Positions 62,701 through 64,000 of a stretch of DNA of 64,000 nt are shown here, in pieces. How positions within the stretch are numbered: the first letter of the stretch is position 1; the number at the start of each line of letters is the position of its first letter. The notes under the pieces are model-generated. The model saw nothing but the letters and a program-made list of their open reading frames with translations, was not told where the DNA came from and did no database searches. The position numbers were made by a program, and so were the translations under genes. This stretch comes from a virus (Duplodnaviria; Caudoviricetes). Where the stretch lies: positions 32,001-96,000 of the IMG/VR virus record IMGVR_UViG_3300011008_000010. One strand, written 5' to 3'.

Positions 62701-64000
62701 TCTGGAGCTGTTACTGGATGGACTGGCAATCAAGGCACAAGACAATCTGGAGAAGCAATTGCCGCAGATGGTGATTATAATTCTAATATGATCTGGTATG
62801 ATCCGCAGGATAGCAGTAAAACTGTGAGATCTGAGTTGGATTTTAAGGCGTATGATGATCAGGTTTGGCATAGAGCCGATCCTTCTTTAACATGGAAAAA
62901 TGCGCCGAACTATTCTGCTGGGAACATTACAAATACGACCGATACCGAAATAGATAATCCAGCGTATATGGGCGTTATCAAACTTGGGAACATTGCTCTG
63001 ATTGCGAATTCATATTCGGCTGGTTTGTCTACTCCAACTAATTTATTCCCGTATAAAACAAAAATATATACTTCGAGATACAGATCTTATGAACAAGGTG
63101 CTCAATGGACATGGAAATGGACGACACCAATAAGACTGTTGGACACAGAGGATTTTGAATCACCGGCTTTTACCGGAGCACCAACCATTAATGGAAGTCG
63201 GATTGCAGTGGAATCTGTTGCAGGAGATAATTTAGGCCTTGTTAAAAATGGTGGCAACATTCTTATTGATTCAGAAGGAAAAATGAATTATTCATTGCCA
63301 ATTGCTACCTCTTCTATTTTGGGTGGAATAAAGGTTGGAAACGGTTTATCTATTTCTTCCGACGGAACATTATCAATATCTGGTGCTGTAACAAGTTTTA
63401 ATGGAAGAACCGGAAATATCGTTTCTGTTGACGGTGATTATAGTGCTACGCAAGTAACATATAATACGACAAAAAGCGTCAAGGATAAGTTTGATGAGAT
63501 AGATTCTGGTTTAGAATCGTTTTCAGATGGATCTGGCTTGCCAATGGCATCTGAAACACAAATAGGTGTGGTTAAGATTGGTGAAGGTATAAATATCGAT
63601 TCTGACGGGAAAATATCAATATCGGGATCAGTGACGACGTTCAATACTCGCACAGGGGACATCGTTCCTCAATACGGCGATTATGATGCATCATTGATAG
63701 AATATGGAACCAATAGTAACGTTAAAGATGAGTTAGATGGTATTTTAGATGGAACAAGGCTCCCAATAGCAGGACTTTCCAAGCTTGGAGCCGTCAAGTT
63801 AAATTCAGAAAGCTCTGTGACGATTGATGCAAATGGTAATATAGATGCCTTTGGTAAAAGAGCAAATTTATCTGTTTCTTCTTTGGATGACATACCTATA
63901 AACTCTGCTGGATTTGTTACTTATACTGGTTCTTCTCCAAGTTCTAAAACTGGTGCCTATATATGTTTGGCCATAAAAGGAACAAACCTAAATAGAGCTG
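59767..64000 (+). CDS. large repetitive tail fibre protein, runs off the right edge (>1400 aa); absent from the ORF track
   Basis: ATG after AGGAG; frame open in all segments read; repeats LPxAxxxxLGGxxVGxGLxI, VTSFNGRTG..GDY.A, SPxFxGxPT. Confidence 0.85.
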   Translation, partial: MAKVGKVQQKRWHLDGGIEVTSIQEDGDQKPSIYLGNYNVDNSPSLALVAYTGSYYDLVDYPDLSNFVVDGNYVHTDNNFTDEDKAKLGNMFNYTLPIATEKLLGGVKVGDHLEMRKDPKDDSNNPIKDRLSVIESDFIQVLNPKSIVTKFSDIPLDAAGQLGISPIYAPIETDKDVNGYYIRYNNMAFFSQDPQTDTKTLNGKTIKIEQEYLLKGGLWWTTKNAGQWIKVLDQFNIISFNDRVGKVYPVGMDDYLNESEDYDANMVGAMARSGHPGVWTVIKDEGRIVRQFWNGQTIDSLRTTDSGWARIGCLKWDSENKRFKPDPVNSPTGGIINGTFWKLDGLPTLPTYCANPYYPDTYRGNGKGSFFFMPDDQDRIWVKRGKNWEDNGWFYLEQLPIATRTRLGGIMVGAGLDITETGVLSVSGIVTSWTGKQGARRVNEVVAMNGDYDATMITFGSEWSNTANVDYELKRLLSLINTKAPINSPAFSGRPTTPTPGPNDNGTQIVNIAWVRNHVATELQNVVGYTLPVATTSTLGGIIVGNGLSINASGVLSVNLPSGSGNVVVDTSPNTSSQNPIANSAITQYVNNVDNKFDDYVLKLNGTAQNLTLTGNAKYVTLAKGTSNDYLATTKFVMEAIDEKISIINDGSGGSSVVINQYTLPPASASTRGGVRVNGDGIILKNTDQITVDVDYLNNGKLKYIRSEENLNIGTLNSIPMNSSGVTKLSAAYGPTSKDMTGYYLKYNAGNNVSSYILWFCDFETNDSYYFVHKSDNEYAWNKTFSVEGSSNFEDFDITKYAKLDSPSFTGTPTIISDYLNDPGYNGSGIATATFVQTAISYRLGQQDKASESKYGIVRIKPNGGIKVDNGVIEMDGVVSFNGRNGDVVPGSDDYNSTQIKYSGNVSGSTVKAAIDNLWSTKAASNNTKLTGVATLNNIPIATQSWVQAWQPIASTSSLGMIKIGNGLEIESDGTLKTSGAVTGWTGNQGTRQSGEAIAADGDYNSNMIWYDPQDSSKTVRSELDFKAYDDQVWHRADPSLTWKNAPNYSAGNITNTTDTEIDNPAYMGVIKLGNIALIANSYSAGLSTPTNLFPYKTKIYTSRYRSYEQGAQWTWKWTTPIRLLDTEDFESPAFTGAPTINGSRIAVESVAGDNLGLVKNGGNILIDSEGKMNYSLPIATSSILGGIKVGNGLSISSDGTLSISGAVTSFNGRTGNIVSVDGDYSATQVTYNTTKSVKDKFDEIDSGLESFSDGSGLPMASETQIGVVKIGEGINIDSDGKISISGSVTTFNTRTGDIVPQYGDYDASLIEYGTNSNVKDELDGILDGTRLPIAGLSKLGAVKLNSESSVTIDANGNIDAFGKRANLSVSSLDDIPINSAGFVTYTGSSPSSKTGAYICLAIKGTNLNRA

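Noticed and set aside
57217-64000. Diversity-generating retroelement acting on fibres
   Set aside because: No reverse transcriptase and no near-identical TR/VR pair seen in the window
59767-64000. Short minus-strand ORFs listed in the track
   Set aside because: Antisense shadows of the large plus-strand fibre gene; the same applies to most short ORFs nested in long genes elsewhere

Overview
A 64-kb segment of a large, AT-rich tailed phage of Bacillota (probably Clostridia), with a gene order like SPbeta/c-st. From left to right: small leftward genes and about 1 kb of structured non-coding DNA; a divergent strand switch near 4 kb; a wHTH gene followed by iteron-like repeats; HU; a tRNA/ncRNA region; a YonO-like single-subunit RNA polymerase; then the virion module (terminase, portal, protease/scaffold, capsid, neck, tail tube, tape measure, baseplate, tail fibres). 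The main finding is that the tape measure gene is split by three group I introns. Splicing exons 34500-38543, 40328-40345 (only 18 nt), 40657-40839 and 41166-49460 restores one 4179-aa frame (..ADIVD|KFNEVG|NNFAISS..LRIRG|AKADLEE..). Intron 1 is IStron-like: it follows TTGAT, carries an intact tnpB without tnpA, and ends in an IS605-type omegaRNA/right end, so its predicted guide is the micro-exon. Other items: an orphan omegaRNA mini-element, two further IS200/605 end-like remnants, an intact DDE insertion sequence with a 5-bp TSD, a tRNA-Ile(UAU) beside a tRNA-like element with a collapsed anticodon loop, mirror-image basic/acidic 28-aa repeats in the tape measure, a nested scaffold start, and several candidate structured ncRNAs. 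All family assignments come from motif recognition and synteny; no database searches were run.
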